Source of the DNA: Chromatiaceae bacterium
GTDB taxonomy: Bacteria > Pseudomonadota > Gammaproteobacteria > Chromatiales > Chromatiaceae
Direction: 5' to 3'
NCBI GenBank assembly: GCA_049654905.1
Contig: JBASIS010000047.1
Span: 1-56,952 of the forward strand
DNA length: 56,952 nucleotides
Below are positions 9,783-18,315 of this stretch, piece after piece; the first letter of the stretch is position 1, and each line of letters opens with the position of its first letter. A program made the translations under genes and the position numbers. The notes under the pieces are model-generated. The model was not told the DNA's origin. It did not search any database and saw only the letters and a list, made by a program, of their open reading frames with translations.

Positions 9783-10673
9783 TCAGCCGTTACACCGGGA
9801 CATGAGGCACTCGATGATGGGCTGGAGGATGATCTCCATGGCGAAGCCCATCTTGCCGCCGGGGACTACCATGCTGTTGCGGCGGGTCATGAAGGAGCCG
9901 TGGATCATGGACAGGAGATAGGGGAAGTCCACATCCCATTTATTCGGATTGCGGAAGCGAATGATGACGAAGCTCTCGTCCGGGGTGGGGATGTCGCGGG
10001 CGATGAAGGGGTTGGAGGTATCGACCGTGGCCACGCGCTGGAAGTTGATATCCGTCAGGGAGAACTGGGGGACAATGGTGGTGATGTAGTCCGGCATGCG
10101 GCGCATGATGGTATCGACGATGGCCTCCGCCGAATAGCCGCGCTCCGCGTTGTCCCGATGAATCTTCTGAATCCACTCCAGGTTGACAATGGGCACCACG
10201 CCTATGCCCAGGTCAACGTGCTTGGCGACGTTATGGTCCTCGGTAATCACCAGGCCATGCAGGCCCTCGTAAAAGAGCAGGTCCGTGCCTTCCGGTAGGT
10301 CCTCGAGGGGGGTGAACTGGCCCGGCTTGAGACTGGTGCCGAGACGGGCATTGAGCTCGACAGCCTCTTCCTCGCTATGGATGTAATACCGTTTCTTGCC
10401 GGCGCCTGACTCGCCATAGGTTCTGAACAGCTCCTCAAGCATGTCGAAGCGGTTGGCCTCGGCGCCAAAGTGACTCAGGTTGCGGTGGGCGGCGGAGGCC
10501 TTGGCCGTTTCCAACTTCATCTCGGCACGGTCGTAACGATGGAAGCTGTCACCCTCAATGATGGCGGGGGTGATACCGTCACGGTAGAAGATGTGTTCGA
10601 AGGCCCGCTTGACAGTGGTCGTACCGGCGCCCGAGGAACCGGTGACCGCGATGACAGGGTGTTGGGTGGACAT
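9783..10673 (-). CDS. prk: Phosphoribulokinase (Calvin-cycle enzyme)
   Basis: MSTQHPVIAVTGSSGAGTTTVKRAFEHIFYRDGI... matches the bacterial PRK N-terminus and P-loop. Start set at ATG (rc) 10673, giving 296 aa; the track N-terminal extension is rejected. Confidence 0.88.
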   Translation of the reverse strand: MSTQHPVIAVTGSSGAGTTTVKRAFEHIFYRDGITPAIIEGDSFHRYDRAEMKLETAKASAAHRNLSHFGAEANRFDMLEELFRTYGESGAGKKRYYIHSEEEAVELNARLGTSLKPGQFTPLEDLPEGTDLLFYEGLHGLVITEDHNVAKHVDLGIGVVPIVNLEWIQKIHRDNAERGYSAEAIVDTIMRRMPDYITTIVPQFSLTDINFQRVATVDTSNPFIARDIPTPDESFVIIRFRNPNKWDVDFPYLLSMIHGSFMTRRNSMVVPGGKMGFAMEIILQPIIECLMSRCNG

Positions 10674-10883
10674 GAAGGTCTCCTCTGTTCTATTGCTCTC
10701 AGGATTATGGGCGCCGGCCACGACCCGCAGGGGTGTCGGCCGAAGGTGAGTGGGTTTAAACCCTGCTTGAAGTTGAAAGGAAGCCCCGCGGTGGCGGACT
10801 TGCGCGCGCGGGGATCTTGAAGTAATTACTAATATACCACGGGGCTCCCCCAAGTCTTGGGAAAAGCGCGGGGGGCTGGCGGG

Positions 10884-13244
10884 TCACGCCACTCCGGTGC
10901 TGGGCATGGGTACCTCGCCAGAGGTCATCAGGCTTTCGTACTCCAGGGCCTGGAGGCGTTCCAGCACCTCGCCGGACTGATCGGTGAGTCGCCGGATGAG
11001 GAGGGTGATCTGGTCACTGGGCTGGCCTTGCTCGACCGCGCGCAAGAGCTCCTGGCCCAGGCGATGCACTTCATTATGGGGGTCTTCGAGGGCATCGAAG
11101 GCGGGCAGACCGGCGAAATACCGACCTTGGTCCTGGAACCACTGGCCGAAACGGCAGCGCCGGGGGTCCATCTCCACTTCCAGCCCCTTGATGGTGTTCC
11201 CGCCCTCCTTGCCGAAGGCCTTGGCAATGGCATAGTCGATGAGCGAACGCCGCCAGTGGATGTGATCGATCTGGGCGATGTGGATCAAACCGGTCGGTAC
11301 GCCGGACCAGCGCTCATCGCGTTTCAGGTAGGTCAGGAAATCCGGGAAGGCCATCGGCCGGCCCAGCCAAAAGCCCTGGGCCTCGGTGCAGCCGGCTTTC
11401 AGCAGGAAGTCAAAGACCTGGCGGCTCTCCACCCCTTCCGCGACTGTCTTGATGCCCAGTTGATGCGCCATCTGAATGCTGGAGCGCACCAGGGTGGTAC
11501 ATTTGTCCGATGTCTCCATGCGCCGGATCAGACCCTGGTCGATCTTGACCGCCGAGAAGGGCCATTGGCTTAGGACCTCAATGGAAGAAAAGCCCGTGCC
11601 GAAGTCGTCCATGGCCAGTCCAATGCCCATGCCCGTCAGTTCGAGAATGTGATCGCGGGTCTTCCCCGAGCTATTGATGACCGAGGATTCGGTTAATTCG
11701 GCCTGCAGCAGGCTGGGGTCGAGCTGGAATTTGGCGATGGCCGTGCGTAGGGCCTTCACCATCTCGTCGGATTCCAGGTTCCAGGCCGTCAGGTTGAAGG
11801 ACATGACCAGGCCCGGGAGTATGTCCTGAATGATGCTCAGGTCGGCCATGAGTCTGGGAAGCATGGCCAGGGTCATGTGCTTGATCAGACCCGATTCAAT
11901 CGCCAGGGGCAGGAAGTCGTCGGGCGGTAGGACCTCTTCATCCGGCTTGACCCAGCGCATCAGGGCCTCGGCGCCCGATACCTTGCCCGTGAGCAGCGAT
12001 ATCTTGGGCTGGTAGTAATAAACGAACTCCTCCCGGGCGAGCGCCTGCTTGATTTCCGCCAGTTGAATGCCAGGGCCAGGGCCAGTGCCTGGGCCGGCCG
12101 GCGCGGGACTGAAATCCGCGGCGATGCTGGTATGGAGTTCGGGTACATAGCCCGTGACGCAATCGCGACCGATCTTCTTGGAGAAGGCCATGGCTACATC
12201 GGCGTTCCTGGCCAACTCCTGCTCGTTTTGGCCATGATCGGGGTAGATGGCGATACCCACGCTCAAGGATACCGATAGCGTCAGGGCGTCCAGGGTGATG
12301 GGTGGCCGGATGGCCTCGCGTACCTTGTTGGCCACCTCGATGGCATGCTCTTGGCTGCCGATATTCGGCAAAAACAGGATGAATTCGTCACCCCCCATGC
12401 GCCCGAGGGTGTCGGAGTTGCGCAGCGTCCGGGAAATCCGCTGGGCGATCTCCCGCAGGACCCCATCGCCGATGGCGTGGCCGTGGTTGTCGTTGATGCG
12501 CTTTAAGCGGTCGACATCCAGAAAAATGAGGGCCAGTCGCTGATGCTGGCGGTGGGCGCTGGCCAGGGCTCGCTCCACCAGGAGGGAGAAGAGGGCCCGA
12601 TTGGGCAGTCCCGTGAGACCGTCATGCTGGGCCATGTGCCGGACACTCTCCTCCATCCCATGCCAGGCCGTGATATCGCGGGTCACGCCATGAATCTCGA
12701 TCGCGCCCGTGGCCGGATTGCGGATGAAATGCATCCGCATCTCGGTCCAGACGAGGGTGCCATCCTGGCGGGACTGGGGTAGCTGTTCCGTGAAGGGCGT
12801 ACGGGCGGAGAGGGTCCCCGCGCGAAAGGCCGCCCTTTTTTCCGCTATTAGGGCCTGGATCCGGGCCCGACCTTCCGGCGTCAGGGCCGCATCCAGGGGC
12901 TCCGCCATGACCTCCTCGGGGGTATAACCTCGCAACCCCAGGATCGAGGGGCTGACATAAAGAAACCGGAGGGTTTCGGCATCCAGGACCCACACCACGT
13001 CGCGCATGGTGTCGCCGAGGGTTTGGAGTTGGCGCTGACTGGCGGCAAGATGGGCTTCAGCCGTCTGGCGTACCGCGCTCTCGGCACCCAGGCGTTCCCT
13101 GGCCGCCCGGAGTTCCTCCTGGAGTTCTTGGACCAAGCGGTTATCCAGCGCCCTGTCCGACGGATGCTGGACCTCGCGAGGTGCCCTGGAACGGGAGAGC
13201 GGGTCGAGGATCCTGCCCAGCAGGGATTTGATGGCTGATTTCAA
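10884..13244 (-). CDS. PAS-GGDEF-EAL signalling protein with C-terminal CZB (chemoreceptor zinc-binding) domain
   Basis: PAS region (VVWVLDAETLRFLYVSPSILGLRGYTPEEV), GGDEF (RMGGDEFILF), EAL (GAEALMRW), C-terminal DHIHW...CRFGQW...HNEVH. The start is uncertain: TTG (rc) at 13244 follows AGGAAG by 8 nt; the track start is 13517. Confidence 0.8.
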   Translation of the reverse strand: MKSAIKSLLGRILDPLSRSRAPREVQHPSDRALDNRLVQELQEELRAARERLGAESAVRQTAEAHLAASQRQLQTLGDTMRDVVWVLDAETLRFLYVSPSILGLRGYTPEEVMAEPLDAALTPEGRARIQALIAEKRAAFRAGTLSARTPFTEQLPQSRQDGTLVWTEMRMHFIRNPATGAIEIHGVTRDITAWHGMEESVRHMAQHDGLTGLPNRALFSLLVERALASAHRQHQRLALIFLDVDRLKRINDNHGHAIGDGVLREIAQRISRTLRNSDTLGRMGGDEFILFLPNIGSQEHAIEVANKVREAIRPPITLDALTLSVSLSVGIAIYPDHGQNEQELARNADVAMAFSKKIGRDCVTGYVPELHTSIAADFSPAPAGPGTGPGPGIQLAEIKQALAREEFVYYYQPKISLLTGKVSGAEALMRWVKPDEEVLPPDDFLPLAIESGLIKHMTLAMLPRLMADLSIIQDILPGLVMSFNLTAWNLESDEMVKALRTAIAKFQLDPSLLQAELTESSVINSSGKTRDHILELTGMGIGLAMDDFGTGFSSIEVLSQWPFSAVKIDQGLIRRMETSDKCTTLVRSSIQMAHQLGIKTVAEGVESRQVFDFLLKAGCTEAQGFWLGRPMAFPDFLTYLKRDERWSGVPTGLIHIAQIDHIHWRRSLIDYAIAKAFGKEGGNTIKGLEVEMDPRRCRFGQWFQDQGRYFAGLPAFDALEDPHNEVHRLGQELLRAVEQGQPSDQITLLIRRLTDQSGEVLERLQALEYESLMTSGEVPMPSTGVA

Positions 13245-13447
13245 CGCCAGGACTTCCTGTTTATGCCTGCCTTGGGCGGGAGTCCCAGGGCTGCGCTGGA
13301 AATAGTCGGATTTTCCGCGGGAGGGGTACCCACTCCGGGGCAAGGCTCGGGTCGAGCTGTCATGGTGGAATCCGGTTGGGGATAATGCCGGGCGGCCTGA
13401 AGCAAAACATAGCACGAAAAAACCATCATGACGTAACCACGCCCCGC

Positions 13448-15232
13448 ATGGCGCTAAGCCGGGTGTCGATAGCCCGGTGTCCTCGCCTCGGCGCGGGTCA
13501 TGGCGTAATCTTGGCAACCTTGATAGCCAACGAGGATTGGAGCTTGAACTCAGACATCAGCAAGCGGATAGCCGGACGGAGCAGGCCAGGGAGGTGCCAG
13601 GGCGGCTTCATCGCCGGGCTGGGCCAGTGGCTCGACCGTAACATTCTGGAATTGGGGCGGGAACTGCGGCTCTCCTACCTGCCGCCGCTGATGATCTACG
13701 TCGCCTACGGCATCCAGGGTCTGACCGCCATCGTTGGCACCTTCTTCGTCAAGGATTACCTGGGGCTGTCCGCCTCCTTCCTGGCGGCCCTGGGCTTCTG
13801 GGCGGGCATCCCCTGGGCCCTCAAGATGCCCCTGGGGCACCTGGTCGATCTGATCTGGCGCCATAAGTCTGCCCTGGTCTATCTGGGCGCGAGCCTCCTC
13901 ACCGCCAGCCTGCTGATCATGATCGGCCTGCTGGGGCACCGGGTCGCCCTGGCCGCCATCATGCCGGTGGAGGCCTGGTACGTCCTCGCCGCCCTGTTGG
14001 CGCCGGTGGGCTATGTGATTCAGGACGTGGTGGCGGATGCCATGACGGTGGAGGCGGTACCTCGGGTGGACGCCGATGGCCGGCCCATCGATCCGGCGAC
14101 GCGCAAGCTGATGCACACCACCATGCAGACCCTGGGGCGGGTGGCCATCATCGGCGGTGGGGTCCTGGTGGCCCTCGCCAATGTCTATCTCTTCGCCGGG
14201 GTCGAGGCGATGTCGGAGGCGGACAAGGTCGCGACCTATATCCTCATCTACGAGATGGCCTTGGCGATTCCCCTCGTCTCCATTCTGGGCGTGGCCCTGG
14301 CCGCTTTCATCAAGCGCCGCGACCTGCGCCGCCTGATGGCGAAGGGACTGGGACGCGCCGAGGCCGTCCGCCGCCTTGAGCACCCACTGGAGAAGACCTA
14401 TCCGAATTGGTGGATCCTGGGCGGCAGCCTGGTATTCGTCGTCTTCACCCTGAGCCTGGGGCTGACGGACGTGCCCTATAACCAGGAGATCATCTTCGTC
14501 GGGTCCATGGTCATCATCCTCTTCCTGATGTCGCGCCTGCTGCGGGCCCTCGACCCGGAGGCGCGGCTCTATCTGGTGGGCACCGCCTTCATCATCTTCG
14601 TCTTCCGGGCCATGCCGGGGCCGGGCTCGGGCCAGACCTGGTGGATGATCGATGAATTGGCCTTCGATCAGCAATTCCTGTCCGTCCTGTCGCTGATCGG
14701 CAGCAGCCTGACCCTGCTGGGGCTCTTTATGTTCCGGCGCTTCATGGCCGAGCGCTCCATCGCCTATGTGGTGGTCTTCCTGACGGTGATTTCCAGTCTC
14801 CTCTATCTGCCCATCATCGGCATGTACCACGGGCTCCACGAATGGACGGCGGCAATGACCGGCGGCCTGGTCGATGCCCGCGTCATCGCCATCGTGGATA
14901 CGGCCCTGGAGTCGCCCCTGGGGCAGATTGCCATGGTGCCCATGCTGGCCTGGATCGCCAATTCCGCCCCGGAAAATCTCAAGGCCACCTTCTTCGCCGT
15001 CATGGCCTCCTTCACCAACCTGGCCCTGTCGGCGGGTCAGTTGGGGACCAAATATCTCAACGAGATTTTCCTGGTGACGCGGGAGGTCAAGGACCCGGTC
15101 AGCGGCGAGATCACGGTACCGGCGGACTATAGCGAGTTGGGAATCCTGATGACGGCCTCACTGCTGATCGGCCTGCTATTGCCCCTGGCCGCCGTGGCCC
15201 TGGTCAAGATGACCCGGCTACGGACAGCCTGA
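13448..15232 (+). CDS. Polytopic membrane transporter, BT1 (folate-biopterin transporter)-like MFS
   Basis: About 12 hydrophobic segments; FVKDYLGLSASFLAALGFWAGIPWALKMPLGHLVDL resembles the BT1 signature. Start uncertain (ATG 13448 preferred over 13376). Confidence 0.5.
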   Translation: MALSRVSIARCPRLGAGHGVILATLIANEDWSLNSDISKRIAGRSRPGRCQGGFIAGLGQWLDRNILELGRELRLSYLPPLMIYVAYGIQGLTAIVGTFFVKDYLGLSASFLAALGFWAGIPWALKMPLGHLVDLIWRHKSALVYLGASLLTASLLIMIGLLGHRVALAAIMPVEAWYVLAALLAPVGYVIQDVVADAMTVEAVPRVDADGRPIDPATRKLMHTTMQTLGRVAIIGGGVLVALANVYLFAGVEAMSEADKVATYILIYEMALAIPLVSILGVALAAFIKRRDLRRLMAKGLGRAEAVRRLEHPLEKTYPNWWILGGSLVFVVFTLSLGLTDVPYNQEIIFVGSMVIILFLMSRLLRALDPEARLYLVGTAFIIFVFRAMPGPGSGQTWWMIDELAFDQQFLSVLSLIGSSLTLLGLFMFRRFMAERSIAYVVVFLTVISSLLYLPIIGMYHGLHEWTAAMTGGLVDARVIAIVDTALESPLGQIAMVPMLAWIANSAPENLKATFFAVMASFTNLALSAGQLGTKYLNEIFLVTREVKDPVSGEITVPADYSELGILMTASLLIGLLLPLAAVALVKMTRLRTA

Positions 15233-15366
15233 GGGCGAGAGCAAATGCCCGGCGAGTTTTTTACCGATGCCGGGTGCTGCATACCAGCGTGATTCCGCAA
15301 TATCAAGAGTGCCGTCGAGCAGTCGGTTGGCATTCCATTCTATACAAACGACTGGAGCCAACCACG

Positions 15367-15627
15367 TCATCCCGGGATCAATGAAATGAGGGGAAAGTTC
15401 TCGGGTTTGCGAATTGACTCAACGGAAAGGTCAACGTCAAGTTCAGGCCAATATAGATGATTTTCCGTTGGCCGTTCAATCTCGGAGATCTGCCCGATGG
15501 TTGCCGACTTAAACCACGGAAACTCTGAAAAGGGTACCGCCAGTTCCTCCTTGTCATCCAGCAGAATCCAGAAGCAGTGCCTGGACACATGGGTGACTTC
15601 AGCCGATAAAGTGGCGATGCCAGGCAT
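15367..15627 (-). CDS. DUF2442 family protein
   Basis: MPGIATLSAEVTHVSRHCFWILLDDKEELAVPFSEFPWFKSATIGQISEIE fits the DUF2442 pattern; sits in the low-GC islet and overlaps its partner gene by 29 nt. Confidence 0.6.
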   Translation of the reverse strand: MPGIATLSAEVTHVSRHCFWILLDDKEELAVPFSEFPWFKSATIGQISEIERPTENHLYWPELDVDLSVESIRKPENFPLISLIPG

Positions 15628-15838
15628 CTTGAATCTCCTGAATGTGTCCTTCAACAACGGCTTGCGCTTGATAAATCTGCGTCTTCGAAAGCCCAATATT
15701 CACTGCCAAGTGTACCGACGGAGTCAGCCAGAATTTCGCTTCACCATCCGGGTGTGCGACGTGGACATGGATACGGGGCTCCTCGCGAGAGAAGAAAAAC
15801 AATCTGAACTGGCCATCACGAACAATTGTTGGCGCCAT
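15599..15838 (-). CDS. DUF4160 family protein
   Basis: MAPTIVRDGQFRLFFFSREEPRIHVHVAHPDGEAKFWL is the typical DUF4160 core; start set at ATG (rc) 15838. Confidence 0.6.
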   Translation of the reverse strand: MAPTIVRDGQFRLFFFSREEPRIHVHVAHPDGEAKFWLTPSVHLAVNIGLSKTQIYQAQAVVEGHIQEIQDAWHRHFIG

Positions 15839-15967
15839 ATAGACTAAATGCCGTGTTGGTGGTTTTTTGAAATGGCCTGACGACTGGCTAGCCGGCCCCC
15901 GATACCGCGCCGGTATGGCCTTGAGATTTAGCACTGAACTCACGCGCGGTATTGGGTCGGTGCTGAG

Positions 15968-16882
15968 CTAATTATCGCTAAAATAGTCGGAATCAATCTT
16001 ATGAACCTGGTAGGTAGCAACGGGATTCACGCCTACACCAAAATCGATCATGAGCTTCGCGAGAGTTGCGCCATCAAGCAGAATAATCTTGGAGTCGATG
16101 CGGGATACGAAATCCAAAGCGTCCTTCGTGAAATCAGACGTGGTAATGAAAATACCTTTCCGCGCCCGTTGGCCTTGAAGCGCCCCAGCAAACTTCTGTA
16201 TCTCCGGTCGTCCAATCGTAGCTTCCCATCGCTTCGCCTGGATGTAGATGTTGTCCAGACCGAGGTGGTCTTCCTTGATGATTCCGTCAATGCCTTCGTC
16301 GCCGCTGCGTCCTATGGCCCGGCCTGCGTCCTTCCTGCTTCCACCGTAGCCCATCTTGACGAGAAGTTCGACGACGATCTTCTCGAATAGAGTTGGGTCA
16401 CAACCTCGAATGCTCGATAGAATCTCGCTGGCGAGTTCGGACCGTAGACGTTCATATGCGGATTCGAGGGCTTCATGGGGAGTTTGCCCGAGGGCAAGCT
16501 CGGGCGTATCCGCGCGATCCTCTTCGGTTTTCTCCCGTCGAATACTCTTGAACTGGATGAACTCAGGAAATCGTTCGAGATACTTTTGATTGATTGCGCT
16601 CGGATGTTCTTTGAGAATGTTGCGGCCACGATCAGTTATCTTGAAATGCCCTCTTCTGGGTGAAGATAAGAGCCCAGCTTTCTTCAAATAGGTGCGTGCC
16701 CATCCAATCCGGTTTGTGAAGACCGGTTGTAGACCACTGGGGAGAAGTTCGTTTCGCTCTTCGTCACTAAGAGAGAACCTTTCGGCTAGTGCGGCAATGG
16801 CACCCTTGAGCTGGTACTCGTCTCCGTCTCCTGCGAATCTGAGCAGAGGCAGCATGCAGGATTGATAATCGGGGATGGGCAT
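15968..16882 (-). CDS. mrr: Mrr-type modification-dependent restriction endonuclease
   Basis: Mrr_N winged helix (MPIPDYQSCMLPLLRFAGDG...NRIGWARTYLKKAGLL) and Mrr catalytic core (GDEGIDGIIKEDHLGLDNIYIQAKRW); low-GC context. Confidence 0.85.
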   Translation of the reverse strand: MPIPDYQSCMLPLLRFAGDGDEYQLKGAIAALAERFSLSDEERNELLPSGLQPVFTNRIGWARTYLKKAGLLSSPRRGHFKITDRGRNILKEHPSAINQKYLERFPEFIQFKSIRREKTEEDRADTPELALGQTPHEALESAYERLRSELASEILSSIRGCDPTLFEKIVVELLVKMGYGGSRKDAGRAIGRSGDEGIDGIIKEDHLGLDNIYIQAKRWEATIGRPEIQKFAGALQGQRARKGIFITTSDFTKDALDFVSRIDSKIILLDGATLAKLMIDFGVGVNPVATYQVHKIDSDYFSDN

Positions 16883-16989
16883 ATTTTGGTTGGCTCAGCC
16901 GTAGGGACACCGGTTACCCGGCCCCCGGGTAAAGTCCCGGACGTATGGTTTTCCCGCATCCGGTTCCGCCTCCGGTGCTCCTGTCCTAG

Positions 16990-17160
16990 GTGACGGCCGG
17001 GGAGATCGCAGGCTACTTTCGGCAGGCGTCAGCCCAGGCACAACGGATCAATTGGCAGTTTCGACAACTCGTCGATGCCTTGCAACTGCTGTTCGTTAAT
17101 TTGGCTCAATCTTCTGCCGGAAACGAGACCGATTGGGATGGGTGGAAGGCTGGCAAACTT
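16990..17160 (+). pseudogene. Possible remnant of a tyrosine-recombinase N-terminal SAM-like domain
   Basis: EIAGYFRQASAQAQRINWQFRQLVDALQLLFVNL loosely resembles the core-binding helix of integron/Xer-like integrases; no catalytic domain follows. Weak call from motif memory only. Confidence 0.25.
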
Positions 17161-17199
17161 CCCTTGGGCGCCAACCATCCGCCGCCCGGCCCGAGGGCA

Positions 17200-18315
17200 C
17201 TAACCCCCAATGATCGTTGCCGAAATCGTCTGTGGTATGGGCATGGCTACCCTGTGCACCCGTGTGCTCAGGCCGCAAAATAATTCGTAGTTGATCGTGC
17301 CGGCGGCCTGGGCGATCTCCTCCACCGGCAGGCCGCGACCCCAGAGGATGACCTCGTCGCCGGGCTGGGTTCCGGGGGCGAGGCGCAGATCCAGGCTGAT
17401 ACTGTCCATGGAGACCCGCCCGATCAGGGCTACCCGCCGCCCCCCCACCAGCACCGGCGTGCCGGAAGGGGCATGGCGGGGGTAGCCGTCGCCATAGCCG
17501 ATGGCGGCCACGCCCACCGGCATGTCTTCCGGGCAGGAGAAGGTGCCCCCATAGCCGATGCGGTCCCCGGCGTGGAAGTGATGGACGGCGGCAATCTGGG
17601 TTTTGAGGGTCATCACCGGCTCCAGGCCCACTTCCCCCGCGCTCAGACCCGCGAAGGGCGAGCCACCGTAAAGCATGATGCCCGGCCTCACCCAATCAGC
17701 CCGGGCAGCCGGACAGGCGAGGAGGCCGCCGGAGTTGCCGATGTTCAAGGCCTGGCCCGGCCCAGCCAGGGCCCGCAGGCGCTGACATTGGCGGTCCGTC
17801 AGGGGGTCCTCGGGGTTGTCGGCATTGGCCAGATGGGTCATGAGACCCGGCAGCGGTGCCACCCGCGGGCAGGCGGCCAGTCGCGACTGGATGGCGGGCA
17901 CCTCCGCTGGATCGAGGCCCAGGCGGTGCATCCCTGTATCAACCTTGATCCAGATGCGTAGCGGGGGGCCGGGTGGCAAAGTCTCCAGCCAGGTCATCTG
18001 TTCGCCTTGGTGCAGCGCCAGGTCGAGTCGGTGCGCTTGGGCGGCGGCGGTCTCGTCGGTGGAGAGGGCGCCGCTCAGCACCAGGATGGGTTGCCCAACC
18101 CCCGCTCCGCGCAGGCGCAGGGCCTCCTCGACCCGGGCCACGGCGAAGCCATCCGCCGCCGTCAGGGCCGCCGCCGCACGCTCCAGGCCGTGGCCATAGG
18201 CATCCGCCTTGATGACGGCCCAGATGCGACTGGTGGGGGCCCGCTGGCGCGCCACGCCCAGGTTATGGCGCAGAGCCGCCAGGTCGATCAGGGCGCGGGG
18301 GCCGCTGAACCTCAC
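17200..18315 (-). CDS. alr: Alanine racemase
   Basis: PLP-lysine context AVIKADAYGHG; C-terminal YELFCGLSTRVHRV. GTG start overlaps the dnaB TGA (GTGA); dnaB-alr synteny. Confidence 0.92.
   Translation of the reverse strand: MRFSGPRALIDLAALRHNLGVARQRAPTSRIWAVIKADAYGHGLERAAAALTAADGFAVARVEEALRLRGAGVGQPILVLSGALSTDETAAAQAHRLDLALHQGEQMTWLETLPPGPPLRIWIKVDTGMHRLGLDPAEVPAIQSRLAACPRVAPLPGLMTHLANADNPEDPLTDRQCQRLRALAGPGQALNIGNSGGLLACPAARADWVRPGIMLYGGSPFAGLSAGEVGLEPVMTLKTQIAAVHHFHAGDRIGYGGTFSCPEDMPVGVAAIGYGDGYPRHAPSGTPVLVGGRRVALIGRVSMDSISLDLRLAPGTQPGDEVILWGRGLPVEEIAQAAGTINYELFCGLSTRVHRVAMPIPQTISATIIGG

Noticed and set aside
16925-16975. Group II intron domain V-like sequence (ccggacgtatggttttcccgcatccggttc).
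   Set aside because: The pairing is imperfect and there is no GNRA tetraloop. There is also no AGC triad context, no RT/maturase ORF and no 5' GUGYG boundary nearby.
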